Assembly (NCBI GenBank): GCA_024679065.1 | Contig: JAGIQG010000025.1 | Span: 21,452,001 to 21,516,000, forward strand | DNA length: 64,000 bases | Source of the DNA: Sphyrna mokarran | Lineage: Eukaryota | Reading direction: 5' to 3' | Position numbers and translations under genes: made by a program | The notes under the pieces: model-generated | Seen by the model: the letters and a program-made list of their open reading frames with translations, nothing else | Told to the model about the DNA's origin: nothing | The model's database searches: none | Part shown: positions 1-13,384 of the stretch, one piece after another | How positions within the stretch are numbered: the first letter of the stretch is position 1 | Layout of the letters: each line of letters starts with the position of its first letter

Positions 1-676
1 ATGCTCTTTGCAAAAACGAAGGGGAACCAGGATACAATATATCATGCCACGTTGACACAAGAACCACTGAACAACCCCTTTAACCGGCAACTCCCTAAAT
101 AAGTGCCATTTGACTTTCATAATTTTTGATCACTGATCTGTGTAATTATAGTGATTTGGATCTATTTGGACATCACAACACACGCAATGCAAATACATCA
201 GCTTGCAAATAACACAAAGGATGTTAAATTCTGTGATTTTCAGGCAACCCATTTCAAATCAAGAAAAAATGTGCATAGAGCTTCACATATTAAAACAATC
301 CTTGAAGATGTTATTGAAATAGTACTCCAGTGTTTGATGGTATTAAGCCTCTAATGAGTTTAAAGATCTCTGGCATTGTTGTACAGATGTGACAGCAGCA
401 TATCAGGTGCCAGAGGGGTGCTATCAATAAGATTTGCTCATAGTTAGCTGTCTGTAACAACTTTCTGCTAAAGCTGCGTCGACCTTCGCAACCAATGTAC
501 CTGAACAGTGAGAATTATTTCCCATTTTATGGAAAACACATCACTGAATTCATCTCAGTGAACTGGAATAAATCAGGTATCCCCAACTGCAGGATCCCAT
601 CCATTCAATTTGTTTTAGTTTAGAATGTAAATGCAAAAGCTTGTTTTCTTTTGGTATTAATTAAGAACGTTTAATA

Positions 677-973
677 GGTGTCACGGCAGCCCAGTGGTTA
701 GCACTGATGCCTGACAGCACCAGGGACCTGGATGCAATTCCCAGCTTGGGTCATTATCTGTGCGGAGTCAGCACATTCTCCCGTTGTCTGCATGGGTTTC
801 TTCCAGGTGCTCTGGTTTCCTCCCACAGTCTGAAAGAAGCGCTGGTTAGGATGCATTGGCTATGCTAAGTTCTCCCTCAGTGTACCCAAACAGACAGTGG
901 AGTGTGGTGACTAGCAGATTTTCATAGTAACGTCTTTTTGCAGTGCTATTTGTGACATTAATAAATAATCTTT
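677..973 (+). mobile_element. HE1/V-SINE-like tRNA-derived SINE, tail type A
   Basis: tRNA-like head (cagtggttagcactg...cagggacctgg), V-domain core (ttctcccg..gtctgcatgggtttc..ggtgctctggtttcctcccacagtc), tail ending gtgacattaataaataa; many copies in the window. Confidence 0.9.
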
Positions 974-1962
974 AACTGAAGTGTTTATTTAAGACATTCT
1001 TTTCTGATTGTTTTGACTGTGTAAATAAATTAAGTGAGATCAAGAAAGAGAATGTGTTTTAGTATCAACACTGGGTTTAGGTTTTATTTCCACCCATCTG
1101 CCCATGCCGCCTCTATCCCCCATTTACACCCCCCTCACTACCCCACCCCCACCATACACACCCCACCCCACCCAAAACCTAATAGGCACAGAATGGGAAA
1201 GAACAATTAGGTGAACAGTAGTCAGTAACCAGGTTTGTGTAATATTAGAAGTGATTGAAATATAGGAAAAGAAACAAAGCCTGCCTTATACAGTGCGGAA
1301 TATACACACAGCCACAACTGACATATATTGCACCAGCACATCAATAAATTGAACAAGACTTTCACTATATTGGGCCAGTACTTGGACATATTTCACTGAT
1401 TCATACTTTAAACTCCTCCCATCCCAACCACCTTTCCCCAACTGCTCCCCCCAAACGCACTCCCCATAAAGCCCAGCCACATTTATTTAAAGGAATTGTC
1501 CGAATGCAACTTGGGGATTTGTGAAACTTTAATTTTGAAAACATATAGTCCTAAAAATTATCTCCTATGTTTCTATTCTATGTATTTTTCACTTATAGCA
1601 GAATGTTTAATATTTTAGAGTTAAAAGAAATTATCCTACAAACATAATTTAGTAACTTTAGAAAGTAATTTATGATTGGTGATTCTCTACAGCATAAACA
1701 TGTTATAACGCTTCACCAATCTCCGTGTCAAGTGGAGGTAGCATGAGCTGCACGCATACTCCTCTGACTTCCCAATCCTGTACGATTCATTTTTGCTGTA
1801 CTTAACTGGGCTGGAATGTCCCAAGACAAGACTGGCAGCAAACTGAGTGCTTCAAAGGGTCAACAGCAAAGAGTCTCCAGATAAGAGAAAAGATCCAAAT
1901 GCAGGTTTTCAAAAAAAGAAAGATTTTACTTTGCACAGAGTTAGAACACTGTATGGCAAGTT

Positions 1963-2270
1963 GGATGGCACAGTGACACAGTGGTCAGCATTATGTCTCA
2001 TGGTGCCAGGGACCTGGATTTGATTCCCGGTTTGGATCACTGTGTGTGTGGAATTTGCATGTTGTCCCCCGTGTCTGCATGGGTTTCCTCCGGGTGCTCT
2101 GGTTTCTTCCCACAGTCTAAAAGAGGCGCTGATTAGCTGTATTGGCCATGCTAAATTCTCCCTCAGTATACCCAAACAGGCGCCGGAATGTGGCAACTAG
2201 AAGATTTTCACAGTAACTTCATTGCAGTATTAATGTAAGCCTACATGTGACACTAATAAATAAACTTAAA
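1963..2270 (+). mobile_element. HE1/V-SINE-like SINE, tail type A
   Basis: Same head and core; tail gattttcacagtaacttcattgcagtattaatgtaagcctacatgtgacactaataaataaac. Confidence 0.92.
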
Positions 2271-2339
2271 CCCGTTAATCCAGAAATGCTGAAGTCAGTG
2301 ATAGTGACTCTGTCCCAGATCAGCAGCAAAGGCAGTGCA

Positions 2340-3230
2340 AAGCAAGGACTTCGCTATCCCGGTCCATTTGGTCTTCTATACAATTTGACCACATCACTGG
2401 ATACCTCTTCCCTTTCCTGTTTACAGGCCTGCAGTTTAAGCCTACATTTCACATCTTACACCAGCAACGTGCTCCGGTACATATTTTATGCAGCACAGAG
2501 GGAGCTGCAAGCCAAGATACCAAGATATCTTACAAAGAGTTTGGCCAAAGTAATTACTGAAGCACAAGAGCATCCCCACTCTGCAGAACAATAAAATCAT
2601 CCCCATCTCACCTCTACACTGAAATCACGGACTTATGACAGCTCCCAAAATTGTATCAAATTACAATACATATGTATCAAGTAAGGAACTTAAGGAATGA
2701 TTATTAAAGTCTCACTCTTTTCAAGAGTTAAAGCTTTGATGTTAGTCAAAGTTACTATCTTCTCCAAGTTTATCTCTAAGGACAGCACCTCTTATTGAGG
2801 TGCAATGCCACAGGCAAGAGTTGCCATTCTTAACGGATGAGCCCAAACAGTAAGCCTCAGCAGACGTTTTGACAAAGGAGATACCACACCTGCAATCCAC
2901 CTATTCCTTATTCCACATGCACTCCAACAGCAGTTGCTGCATAGTAATCGGGAGTGGGATCCCACGCTGATTTCCACATTCTCTTGTATACAGGCCACTA
3001 GTGCCACTTACAGCATTGCTATCACCCTCCCTGCTGAAACCGTACAGGCTGTGAATCAAATCTATTCCATTCTTTATGGTTTTGGCCATACTGTGCAATG
3101 CATTTTTTAAAAGAATTTGCAAAGAACTAGAATAAGAGGAACCAAACACGTTGTAACAGAATATTCTTGAGGAGTTTATGAGTTCTCCTATGTGCTGAAG
3201 TAACAATGGCTCCTTCTTGCAAAAGATTTG
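2340..3230 (-). mobile_element. Possible highly decayed PIF/Harbinger transposase relic in Lhx2 intron 4
   Basis: Minus-strand fragments in the expected order: SNAVSGT (cf. GAIDGT), NQRG-SHS across a frameshift (cf. NRKGFHS), LGEDSN (cf. LGDSGY), AAPSVLHKIC at ~2479-2508 (cf. ACCVLHNIC); many stops and frameshifts. Confidence 0.35.
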
Positions 3231-3556
3231 AATGGCAGAGAAATGAAGTTAGGGACAGGAAATTAAGTCAGATGGAGCTTTTTCAATGAATAGACTGTGA
3301 AATAGGTTACATGAGGTGGACACTGAAGTGAGCTGAAAAAATCAATCTGAAGAACAATTGAATGTATCTCACAGAGAGATGTGTTTGAGAGATAAACTGA
3401 GAAGTTGGACCAAACAGCTTTATGCTTTGAGGGCATGTTAGATTGAAATATGTATGCCAGTATTATTCTAAATACCAATGAGGTTGGGAAGATAAAAAAA
3501 AAGACAGATTGCCTGAGAAACAGAATTTGAACAATAACTCAACAGATGTCGCTTAC

Positions 3557-3762
3557 CTGCAAAACTCGCTTTGTAAGCCCTGTCTTCTGTGCTAGCTGTT
3601 TCAGGTCCTTGGCATCGGGATTGTGGTTAATGGCAAAGTAAGACTTCATGGTCCTCAGCTGGTGATGCTTAAAGGAAGTGCGCATGCGCTTTGTCTTCTG
3701 AGTGGGAGGATACTGCTGCTCTCTGTCCATATGGTCGCCATCATTTTCATTACAACTTAACG
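3557..3762 (-). CDS. lhx2: Lhx2 coding exon 4 (linker plus homeodomain helices 1-2 and start of helix 3), 206 bp
   Basis: ttttgtag|CG acceptor (phase 1); encodes (A)LSCNENDGDHMDREQQYPPTQKTKRMRTSFKHHQLRTMKSYFAINHNPDAKDLKQLAQKTGLTKRVLQ; donor CAG|gtaagc; ALSCNEND is Lhx2-type. Confidence 0.96.
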
Positions 3763-4778
3763 CTACAAAATATTATGAAGATATACTGTAAATTTAAGAA
3801 AATGTTTTGAATAAATGTGATTACCATTTCAATACTTATTCCATTGCTACTTTAAGAACAACTTCAATCTGTGTATTATTGACTTCTTTACAGTCCAATT
3901 GTTTGCTTAAAATTTCATTTGGTTTGTGATTAATTTTGACTTTGGACATTTGTATGACTTATCAAATGTCACACAGAATAAAATTCAATTACAATTTTAT
4001 AAAATGAAAGTAATGGACTGGTTTCGAGCTTGCTGCATGATAAATATTTAGGAATTGCATTAAATTAAAAGAAAGCCAGGGTCTTCTATGTGCATCTCAT
4101 TGCAATGTGTTGCTTGCAAAAACCCATGTGTCCATGAGCACACAGCCACAGCTTTGTACCTCTATTTTAGAAATATTATAGTGCAGGTACAAAATTTTCA
4201 TCAAAAATATGAAAGAATGAAAGTATTTCATTTAATTTTGGTGGTGCAGTTAATGGTGAGATGATTCACATTGTACAATTAGCATTACCAGCTAAAGAAC
4301 AACTGCAATAACTTCAGTAGATATGGACAGATCTATCTTGTACCTGTGATTAAATTTAGCTGAACTATGAACCTGACAACTGAAGCATCATATAAATACA
4401 TAAACACATTTAAGATCCATAGTGAATTGTAATACCATCGGGAACTCTTTTTAAAACACAGAAGTCAAATATTTTCACAGTAATTTATTTTTCAGGCATA
4501 TAAACTGGACAAATAGTAACTGTGATACCCAAATGGGGATGAAAGCAGTTGGTTTTTTTAAGATTCCCAACATCATTGCTCCTTGCTCTTTCCCCCACCA
4601 TCATCTCAAGAGAGATAACACACCATCACTACCAAGATTTTGTCAATGTCATTTTGGTACAAGAAAGCACCCAACTATAGCTTGCAGTTTTATTTTCCCT
4701 ATGACTTCCCCACTTCTGATATTAATGTTTCAGTTCAATATCTCCCCCAAATATCATCAGATATTATAATCATTGGAC

Positions 4779-5046
4779 TGTGGTTAGCACTGCCACCTCA
4801 CAGCACCAGGGACCTGAATTCAATTCCAACCTTGGGTAACTGTCTATGTGGGTAACTGTCTACATGGGTTTCCTCCCACAATCGAAAGATGCGCAGGTTA
4901 GGTTGATTGGCAAGGCTAACTTGCCTTTTAGTGCAACTTAGCAGGGTAAATATGTAGGGTTATGGGGATAGGACCTGGGTGGGATTTTGTCATTGCAGGC
5001 TTGTTGGGCTAAATGGCCCACTTCTGCACCATAAGGATTCTCTGAT
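4779..5046 (+). mobile_element. HE1/V-SINE-like SINE, tail type B (CR1-like tail), with internal deletion
   Basis: gtggttagcactgccacctcacagcaccagggacc head; tail gggtgggattt...gggctaaatggcccacttctgcaccataaggattc. Confidence 0.85.
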
Positions 5047-5608
5047 ATTTTCTCATTCAGCTCCACTACTTATTGTAACATCTAATCTGATAGCCACAAG
5101 TAAGAGAGCACTGTATTCATTAATACATCACTGGGCAAAACCATGGGGGAGAGAAAGGAGCACCGTCAGTTGAGGTATTTCAAGATTTTACATCATGCAA
5201 CTGCTTACAAGAAAAAGGAAAAAAGTTGCTAAACATTTTTCATGAGAATGGCTTCCATTTTGTGAATATAAAGAAACAATTACAAAATGAAATAGAAATG
5301 ATTATATTTAATTTCAACTTTTTATGAATACCATAGGAGCAAACTTGGTTCAGTAACTCTTTTTATCTCAGATTTTGAAGGTGCTGAGTTTGAAACCCAG
5401 TCCAGGCACTTCTGAAGAATGCAGACTAAAGCTTATGCTCTGAATTCAGGGTTAAAATCCAGTTGGGAATAGATACGGTTGTGGTTGCTCTCACCTCATT
5501 TTATGGATTACGAAAGTCCATAAAATTCCCTTTGCTACACAGGACTCTCCGCACTATTAGCTGGTATGTGACTACAGGCACAAAAGAATCATTCATTGAG
5601 ATTGCTCA

Positions 5609-5968
5609 TTTTTTAATTCGTTCTCAGGACATAGACATTGCTGGCTGGCCAGCATTTATTGCCTATCCCTAAATGCCCTTGGAGGGCAGTTGAGAGTCAA
5701 GCACATTACTGTGGCTTTAGAATTACATGTAGGCCAGCCCAGGTAAGGAAGGCAGATTTCCTTCTCTCAAGGATGTTAGTTAGCCAAATGGATTTTTCTG
5801 ACAATCGACAATGGTTTCATGATCTTCAGTAGATTTTTAATTCCAGATTTTCTTTTATTGAATTCAAATTCCATCATCTGCTGTGGCAGGATTTGAACCC
5901 GGGTCCCCAGAACATTGCTGAATTTCTGGATTAAAACTGGATTAAAGCGATAATACCACTAGGCCATC
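5609..5968 (-). mobile_element. Second tRNA-derived SINE family
   Basis: Minus strand reads gatggcctagtggtatta (A box) ... gacccgggttcaaatcc (B box) ... gggataggcaataaatgctggccagccagc ... aattaaaaaa; body differs from the HE1-like copies. Confidence 0.8.
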
Positions 5969-6578
5969 AGCCTGCAAATCCTTCCATTATTTCATAAACT
6001 CCCATAAAGGAGTGGGAAGATGTGAAAACAATAAAGCTTCCTTTCTTTGACGGTATTTTCTCCCATTTTAGTCATTTCTCATTAAACTGTGAACATTTTT
6101 GCAGATCCCAATTTTTTTCACATTAGAAGCTTTCAGCAATCTCAAGCATAAAGACCTTATCGAGTGTACAAGGAATCAAAACAATTGTGAAGTTTTTCCC
6201 CTTATTCTACTACAAATGATGTAAATGTAAGCAAAACAAATTTTGTAAAGTTATAAGTCTATATTTTCCTCCAATTATACTTCTGCAGAGATCTCTTGCT
6301 GTTTCCAGATATTAAAACTTAATTTGATGACAGGTTTAATATTACTTTTTAAAAATGACTGCAATGAATGAAGGAAACCCAGAGAGAAAATCTATTTGAT
6401 GTCTATAATTGAATTTAGCTGAAATGTAGATCTGCTAACTGAAGTATTGTAGAAAGATGTGGGATTGTTAATAAATTCAAACAAAATAAGGAACATTTCT
6501 TAAACACTGGAGTCAACATTGTTTTTCTGCAACAAGTCCTTCAGGAACATAAACTGGACATATAGGTAACAGTGACAT

Positions 6579-6856
6579 AATTTACTGGTGTCACAAGTAG
6601 GCTTACATTAACACCGCAATGAAGTTACTGTGAAAATTCTCTAGTCGTCACACTCCTGCCCTTATTCAGGTGCACTGGCAGAGAATCTAGCATGGCCAGT
6701 GCACCTAACCAGCACATCTTTCAGAGTATGGGAGGAAATTAGAGGAACCACATGCAGACACAGACTCCACACAGACAGTGACCCAAGCTGAGAATTGAAC
6801 CCGCGCCCCTGGCACTGTGAGGCAGCAGTGCTAACCACTGTATCACTATGATGCCC
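6579..6856 (-). mobile_element. HE1/V-SINE-like SINE, tail type A
   Basis: Reverse complement of head (ggcagcagtgctaaccactg) and tail (gtcacaagtaggcttacattaacac). Confidence 0.9.
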
Positions 6857-8385
6857 TAAGAGAGATCAGAGAGAAGCAATGAAAGGAACTGGTCAGAAAA
6901 ACATATTTTTTTTTAAGATTCCCAATCTTATTGCCCACACCTCCCCAACTAAGAGAGAAGGCAAGCCATTTAATTCTAAGATTTTGCCAATAGCACTATG
7001 GCATACGCGAGCATCTGATCATGAATTGCTCTTCCGCTTTCCCTACTCTTCCATACTCTCAACATTTCACTATCTCTTCCCAATGTCATGTCTGAGATTA
7101 GAAAGGGGCATGTTTTCATCGTGACCAAACAGCGCCAAGAAAGGCAAAGCCTTATCCACCTTTGATCCGTATTGTTAGTTATTGAACACATTTTGATAAA
7201 CATTTTTGTTTTAAATTTTGAGAATAGAAATTACATCATTATTAATTTCTTCTATACTAGTCAAAAAGCTCTACAATGAATAAAAGATATTTGCCTCACA
7301 TGTATTTTGCAACTCAAATACCTGTATATTTATTTGTGTTAAAAGAAAATAGTTGTCAATACTTAAATAAAATATTCATAGTATTCTATCACAGTTACTG
7401 GATTTCAATTTTCATATCACATATCTTTTGGTCTAACAAAGACTCCAATCTGTAATCTGGGTGGGTGCATAGGATGAGGACAATTTTGCATGTGAAGTTA
7501 TAAACACCAACATGGACCAAATGATTGAACTTAATAGGATTGATGACTGAACAACACAAATCCAAGTTGCCATTTTTATATAAATTTGTTCCAGTACAAA
7601 TCGTTCATCAATTTTTAGTTGTCTATTACTTCAAGAGAGTGACATCTAACAACAAAAATATATAATAGATGTGAGTGGGTTAAATGATTCCTTCCTATTT
7701 TGTAAGTTCGGGATTACTCTGAAAGCAGTGCAAATTTTCTGACTGAATATTTTTGAAATGAGGGAAGAATATTTCTTGCAGTTGCATCATTGTCATTTTT
7801 ATTCCTAGGATGTGTGGCCAGGAACAAGAGAAGCAACCTATTGAAAAATATCATTGCTATTATGTTTACTCTAGGCAGTTAGTTTCAGCACATCGTGGTT
7901 TGTAGTCACAACACAGATCTTCACACTTCACCCTTGTGTTCCTTCTAATCAAAACCAGAAACTAAAGGCTTAGAAATTAACATTAATGTATCAAATATGA
8001 GGGCAAATCTTTCTGAAACTGATCTCCATCACAATATTGTGAATTTATTTACAGCAAAAAGGACTTTAACAACATTCTTGATTGGTCAGATTCCTGATTC
8101 CGAGGAATAAATGATTTGAAATGGCATTATAATTAGTGAACTATTTTTCAGTTCCCCTTCTGGTAAATATGCTTTCATCCATGCTCTCTGGCAAGTTCAC
8201 CTCCAGGAAATGTACTTCTACAGCTATGCACTATCAAATTGTCGACTGCTGCCACAAACCTCTGCAGCAGTCATGGTAACCATTCAAATTGTTGTCCTCA
8301 TGCAGTCCAACTCAGATTAGAAATTGAGGTAAGTGAGAATTCAAATCCATACCCTTCCACTTTGTGGGAATGCTCACTAATGTTT

Positions 8386-8657
8386 GGATAGTACAGTGGC
8401 ACAATGGTTTGCGCTGCTGCCTCACAATGTCAGGCAGCTGGTTCAATTCCTGGCTTGGGTCACTGCTGTGCAGAGTATGCAAGCTCTCCCCATATCAGCA
8501 TGGGTTTCCTCTCACAGTCTGAAAGGTGGATGGACCATATTAAATTCTCTTTTAGTGTACCTGGGTGGGCGCTGGAGTGTGGCAACTAGGAGATTTTCAC
8601 AGTAACTTCATTGTAGTTTTAATGTAAGCCTGCTTGTGACACCGATAAAAAATAAAC
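8386..8657 (+). mobile_element. HE1/V-SINE-like SINE, tail type A
   Basis: acagtggcacaatggtttgcgctgctgcctcac head; gattttcacagtaacttcattg tail. Confidence 0.88.
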
Positions 8658-11600
8658 CCAGTGTTGAAATGATAACTTGTCAGTTTGGGTGCTGCTGCTT
8701 TAAGAAAGCAACTGTGACTCATCAAAAGTGGTGTACATGTTACGTCATTCACAATTACTGGCATTCATTTCTGAGTAACTTGCATTGGCAAGCAGTGACA
8801 TTATTCAAAAAGATTTAGACAAAGCAAGAAGCCTCAAATATGCCCCAAGGATGGCCTTCATTGTGCTTGAGAAGACATAAAATGGCACAGTTCCGAATAA
8901 AGTTCCTAAGGCCAAACTGTTCTAAGGGAGAAATATCACACTTATATTTGCTATTCATAGTACAATCACCCTATTTAGAATTAACTCATAAAATTTAAGA
9001 CCACCACATTATTTCAGATATGAAAAGATTATTGTAATCAACCACTTTCACATTTCTCACAATGTTCAACTGCATTCACTTTGTGTCCAGAGGTAAACCT
9101 TTAAATTAGCTGATGGAATAGAGAACTCTGTTCTGAACAAATGCCAAGATGGTCAAAGGTTTAAAATGTTCCAGCATCTGATATTGCTGTTTGCAGCTAC
9201 TCACAAAACCACATGTGGTGCTCCCTACTTGTATCTGTTTCCCAGTATTCAAAAAGTGCCAAACCTTCTCAGAAATGTCGTTAGACACTGAGAAGCTTGC
9301 AGGCAAGTCCAGTCGCAAAGAGCTGCAATCTGTTTTGATAGGTTTCTGTTGTGTTTTTTTAATGCTGTAATCCTAGATTACAAAATTCACCTCATAAAAT
9401 AACTGAGCAAATCATTGAACAAACCCTCATTTAGAAGCTTGTGGAAATACATCCAGAAGAAATTATTTTAATCCAGGGAGATAAATGCGGGCTTTGTTGT
9501 AATTTGCCCAGTCTTCATTTTTTGAAAGTTTATATTGTTGAAATCAAAATTTTGCAAATGGCATGTTGTCACTGAATGTCGCTGCTCCCCCTGATTGTAA
9601 GAAAAACCTCTAGAGGGAGACAGTGTTCCAGAGGCAGGGGATTCAACTAACTTTTCAATAGGTTCACAAATGAAGAAGGAAAAATAAAAGACTGTTGCAA
9701 TTGGGGGATGCTGGCAAAAATAAAAGATAAAATATTAATATTAAATTATCTTCATGCAGTTAATAAACATCAGATTCTCGCAGCTTCACTTTAGGCAATT
9801 GCTCTGCATTTGTTGGTGAGTCTCAGTACAGAAATATTTGCTGTTCAATTATCGATCGACCATTTAAAAATTAACCACGGTTCACCACATAATGATCCTA
9901 CAATTTACTGCCTGCTGTTAAAAAGCAAGTGGAGGTGTTTGGACCGCTGCGATGAGGGAGTTTCCTTTCAATTAGAAAAGTTCAAAGGGTTAAGAGCTCC
10001 CGAACTCAACTAACAATGCTGCATTATAGGGACCTGGTTACACTAATCCACGATTTTACTTTTGCAATTATTGACTACAACCTACCCACAGCTAATGTAC
10101 AATTACATTTCCAAGATTATGGAAGGAATGCCATTATGTTTATCAGTTTTTATGCGCTTTAATACGACTGTATTCCCTTCCAAACAACTGGAAACAATAG
10201 CGTAACTCCAAATTGCTGAGTTTTGTAATCACACGGTTAACTGACAAAACTATCCGTTTATGTCGATGCAAATATTTGTTTACGTTTTTCCAAATTCCGG
10301 CTTGGCGTTCCAAATTCGGTCTGCATTGATCTGGCGCCGCAGTGTCACACGGATTAAATACCAGTGGTTCTTTGTCGCATGCTGGGATTTGGGGATTTAC
10401 TGGCTCTGACATGATTGAATATTGAAGAAAAGGTAGAGAGAAAGAGAAAGAGACAGGGGTTCCGTCCTACGTTTAGAATTCGTTCAAGGTCAGCACCCCA
10501 GTCGGTGCAATGTGTCGGGAATTGTAAACCCAACAGGTTAATAACTGAGAACAAATTAACGGAAAAAGAGATTGTAGTGTAACCAAATTCCAGGAGTTTG
10601 TTGCTGGGGCGTTGGGGGTGGTGTGGGGGGAGTCAAGCGGCAATCTGGACTTATTTACAGCCACGGCGATTTTTATGTGGAGAAATATTTAATAGACTCA
10701 GAAGAGGACAGAGGGGGGAGTCAATGGGCAAAGGACTTTTCCTTTAACCTCAAATCTGTTCCTCCGCTTCCGATGAGTTTCCTTCAATTAAAATCAACTA
10801 AGCGGTGTTGGTTCTGCGCTGGGGCTTTGGGGAATAGAGGTAAATAAATCACCAGCATAAAAGTAAAGGGAGAAATGCGCAGGGCTTTGAAGGTCTGTGG
10901 AAAGTAACACTAATGTCATCAACTACAAGTATAATTTAAACTTTCCTGTCCCTTTCAATGCAATTACTAACATTTAACGTCAGCTGCCGGGTCAGGAAAG
11001 GAAAAGAAATCGCATCAGTTATAACAAATATTAAGCACAACCAAGGGACGCACAACCTGTAAGAGAATTAGCCTCATCAGATTTCTTTATCTTTTTCTGT
11101 TCGAAATGGTTGCTCGAATTGCTTCCTTCTCTCTGGGTCCAATCGAACAACTGGTGTTTTTTTCTCTCTCTTACAGAATTGTAATAGCCCGTTTCATGTG
11201 TACCAACAAGATGTTGAGTGATGGAAATATGTAATTATTAGGCAATAGGCTCTAATTAGCATAATTGAAGCCTGCTACTGGAGCGAAGTGAATTAGGTAA
11301 TGAGGTAAGCATGAATATATTGACAAGTTTATAGAAAGCCGTTGGCTTCCGCCTTACTGTCAGGGTTTAGAACACACACAAAAAACAAGGTTTTGTGAAA
11401 TGTGCACGGATAATTACCTATTGTAGAAAAATGGCATTCAACGGAAGATTATCGAGAACGGCGCAGCTAATTTTAAATTACAAACCAATACACCTCGAAT
11501 TTCTCCACGGAAGAGGGGGGAGGGGAGAAATAGAAACAGGAGTATATTTCAACTGGGAGAGGGGGACGGGGAATTTAGGGAGCTAAATCCCTAAATGCAG

Positions 11601-13384
11601 TCATTTGGTGAGCAGTGAATACATCTGAAGTGACTCCGAAGGTTTGCAAGTTGTTTATTTGATTGACTGCAGATTAATTTGTGACTGGGTGTCCAACTGC
11701 TGCGGGAATATGCACGTGTGTATGATTTAATGCAAATAGTTTAATGTTTTTCTCACGTACAAGTTGTTAAAAATGTTATTTACTCAGATGGTGGGTTTTT
11801 TTAAAATACGCCATGAAATTCATACATTTGCGTTCTCTAATAGCACTAATCTTTTCCCCAAAGGTTACTGTTGAAAGTGGATAAATGCGATGTAATCGTG
11901 TTTGCTTTTACTCGACCCAAAATAAGTATTTGATAATTAATTGATTGTGGAATTTTGAATAAATGAATTATAATTCCGCAAAATGGTAAGCGGTTTGGAG
12001 TCGGGATGGCATTCTGTTGACGATGCCTGAAAGATAAAAGGAATCTTAGCGGATTTGATCTATAAAATGTTGCAATTGAATTTGAGCCAATCTAATGCAC
12101 TTGAAGAAATTGTCTTTTTTTAATTTGATGGGAATCTGCTCAGGGATTTGCAGTTTTGTACAGGTGTTCAATTCTCAACTAAAAGCTTGTTCCACAAGGT
12201 TTCATCCATTGATTTTTACTGACTCCCAAACACTGGAGACCTCCCGCAAAGCCGCCAGAGAAAAAACGGCTACCACCCCCACCACCGCCCCCCCCTCCCA
12301 CTTCTTGGCCCACCACCACCACCACTATTGATGGGCAAAAAAAATGTAAAGAACTTTGGGAAAGAAGGCGTTTGATGTTTCGGCATCTATCTGAACTGTT
12401 TTCCACTTGTCAAGGTCCATCCTCATCTTTTAAAAAAAACTGCCAAGTGCTGCCAGAATCACCCCCCTCTGCCCCAACCCTCTAAAGACTAAAGCTTAAC
12501 GCGGTTAAAAAAAGCCTCCAGTAAAACTCCTAGACTCTTTGAAGGAGAATTCACGGCGTTTAGAGCATAGAAATGTTTGATGCAACCATTGCAGGGGTTC
12601 CCTATTTGCTGCACAGGTTAACATGAGGTGTACTTGCAGTTGCCAAAGAGAAAGTACTGGATGTGTTATTTTCCCATCTGCATGCAGTACAAAGTGCGCA
12701 CATAAAGGAATTTGCTGGATATAATTTAACCCTCCATATCTGTAAACGTGCAACATACAAGTCGTGCAGATAGTGTGTTCATAATGCTACGGAATGTTCC
12801 ATTCACATCAGTTTGGGAACCCTGCCCAAAAATATGAATAAAATACCTGAGGCTTCACTGACAGCGGGAACGCCATTATTTCTCCCAAGTTTCTAAGCGG
12901 CCCTATGTCTTTCTGGGACATTTAATTATTGAGGCAGAGAATGAGGTAGAGGGAGTAGGAAGTGTTCCCATTGTAAAGCACCGACCAGGAGTCAAATCAG
13001 AAGGTCAATCTTTTCTGTTCGCCCGTCCTGTTCGCCCTGGTTCCCAGGATTTAAGACATACATGTAAAACTGGAGACACACCAGCCCCGCCTACATCCCT
13101 GCCTTCCTCAGCAAAACTAAAAGGCATAACCTGCCTCAGATGTATTTTATTTCTATTAAAAGTGTCACTGAACCATTCCGAGCGGAAGCGAATTCCCTTC
13201 AATTTTGGAGATACATTTTTGATTGTGTACAACCTTTTTATTGTTCTTTCATTCATAACATCCCCAACTATTTGAGACAATTGAGAATCAGAAAATCGAA
13301 GTTACATGGTAATTGAGAGATTTGGAGGGATTTTCTCCTCATCAATTTCTACCATCCGTGTTAAAATAAGTAGTACCCTTACTA

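Noticed and set aside
1-3556. Final Lhx2 exon (VWFQNARAKFRR...)
   Set aside because: No such frame seen by eye or in the ORF track; it most likely lies beyond the left edge, so this is not evidence of a truncated gene
3539-3556. Read-through VSDIC* giving a helix-3-less, Lhx9alpha-like isoform
   Set aside because: It is simply intron sequence after a consensus CAG|gtaagc donor; nothing supports retention
6579-6590. Loss of AATAAA (to AGTAAA) in the sense-oriented intronic SINE as selection against premature polyadenylation
   Set aside because: Single observation, and the sense-oriented SINE at 5609-5968 retains an intact AATAAA
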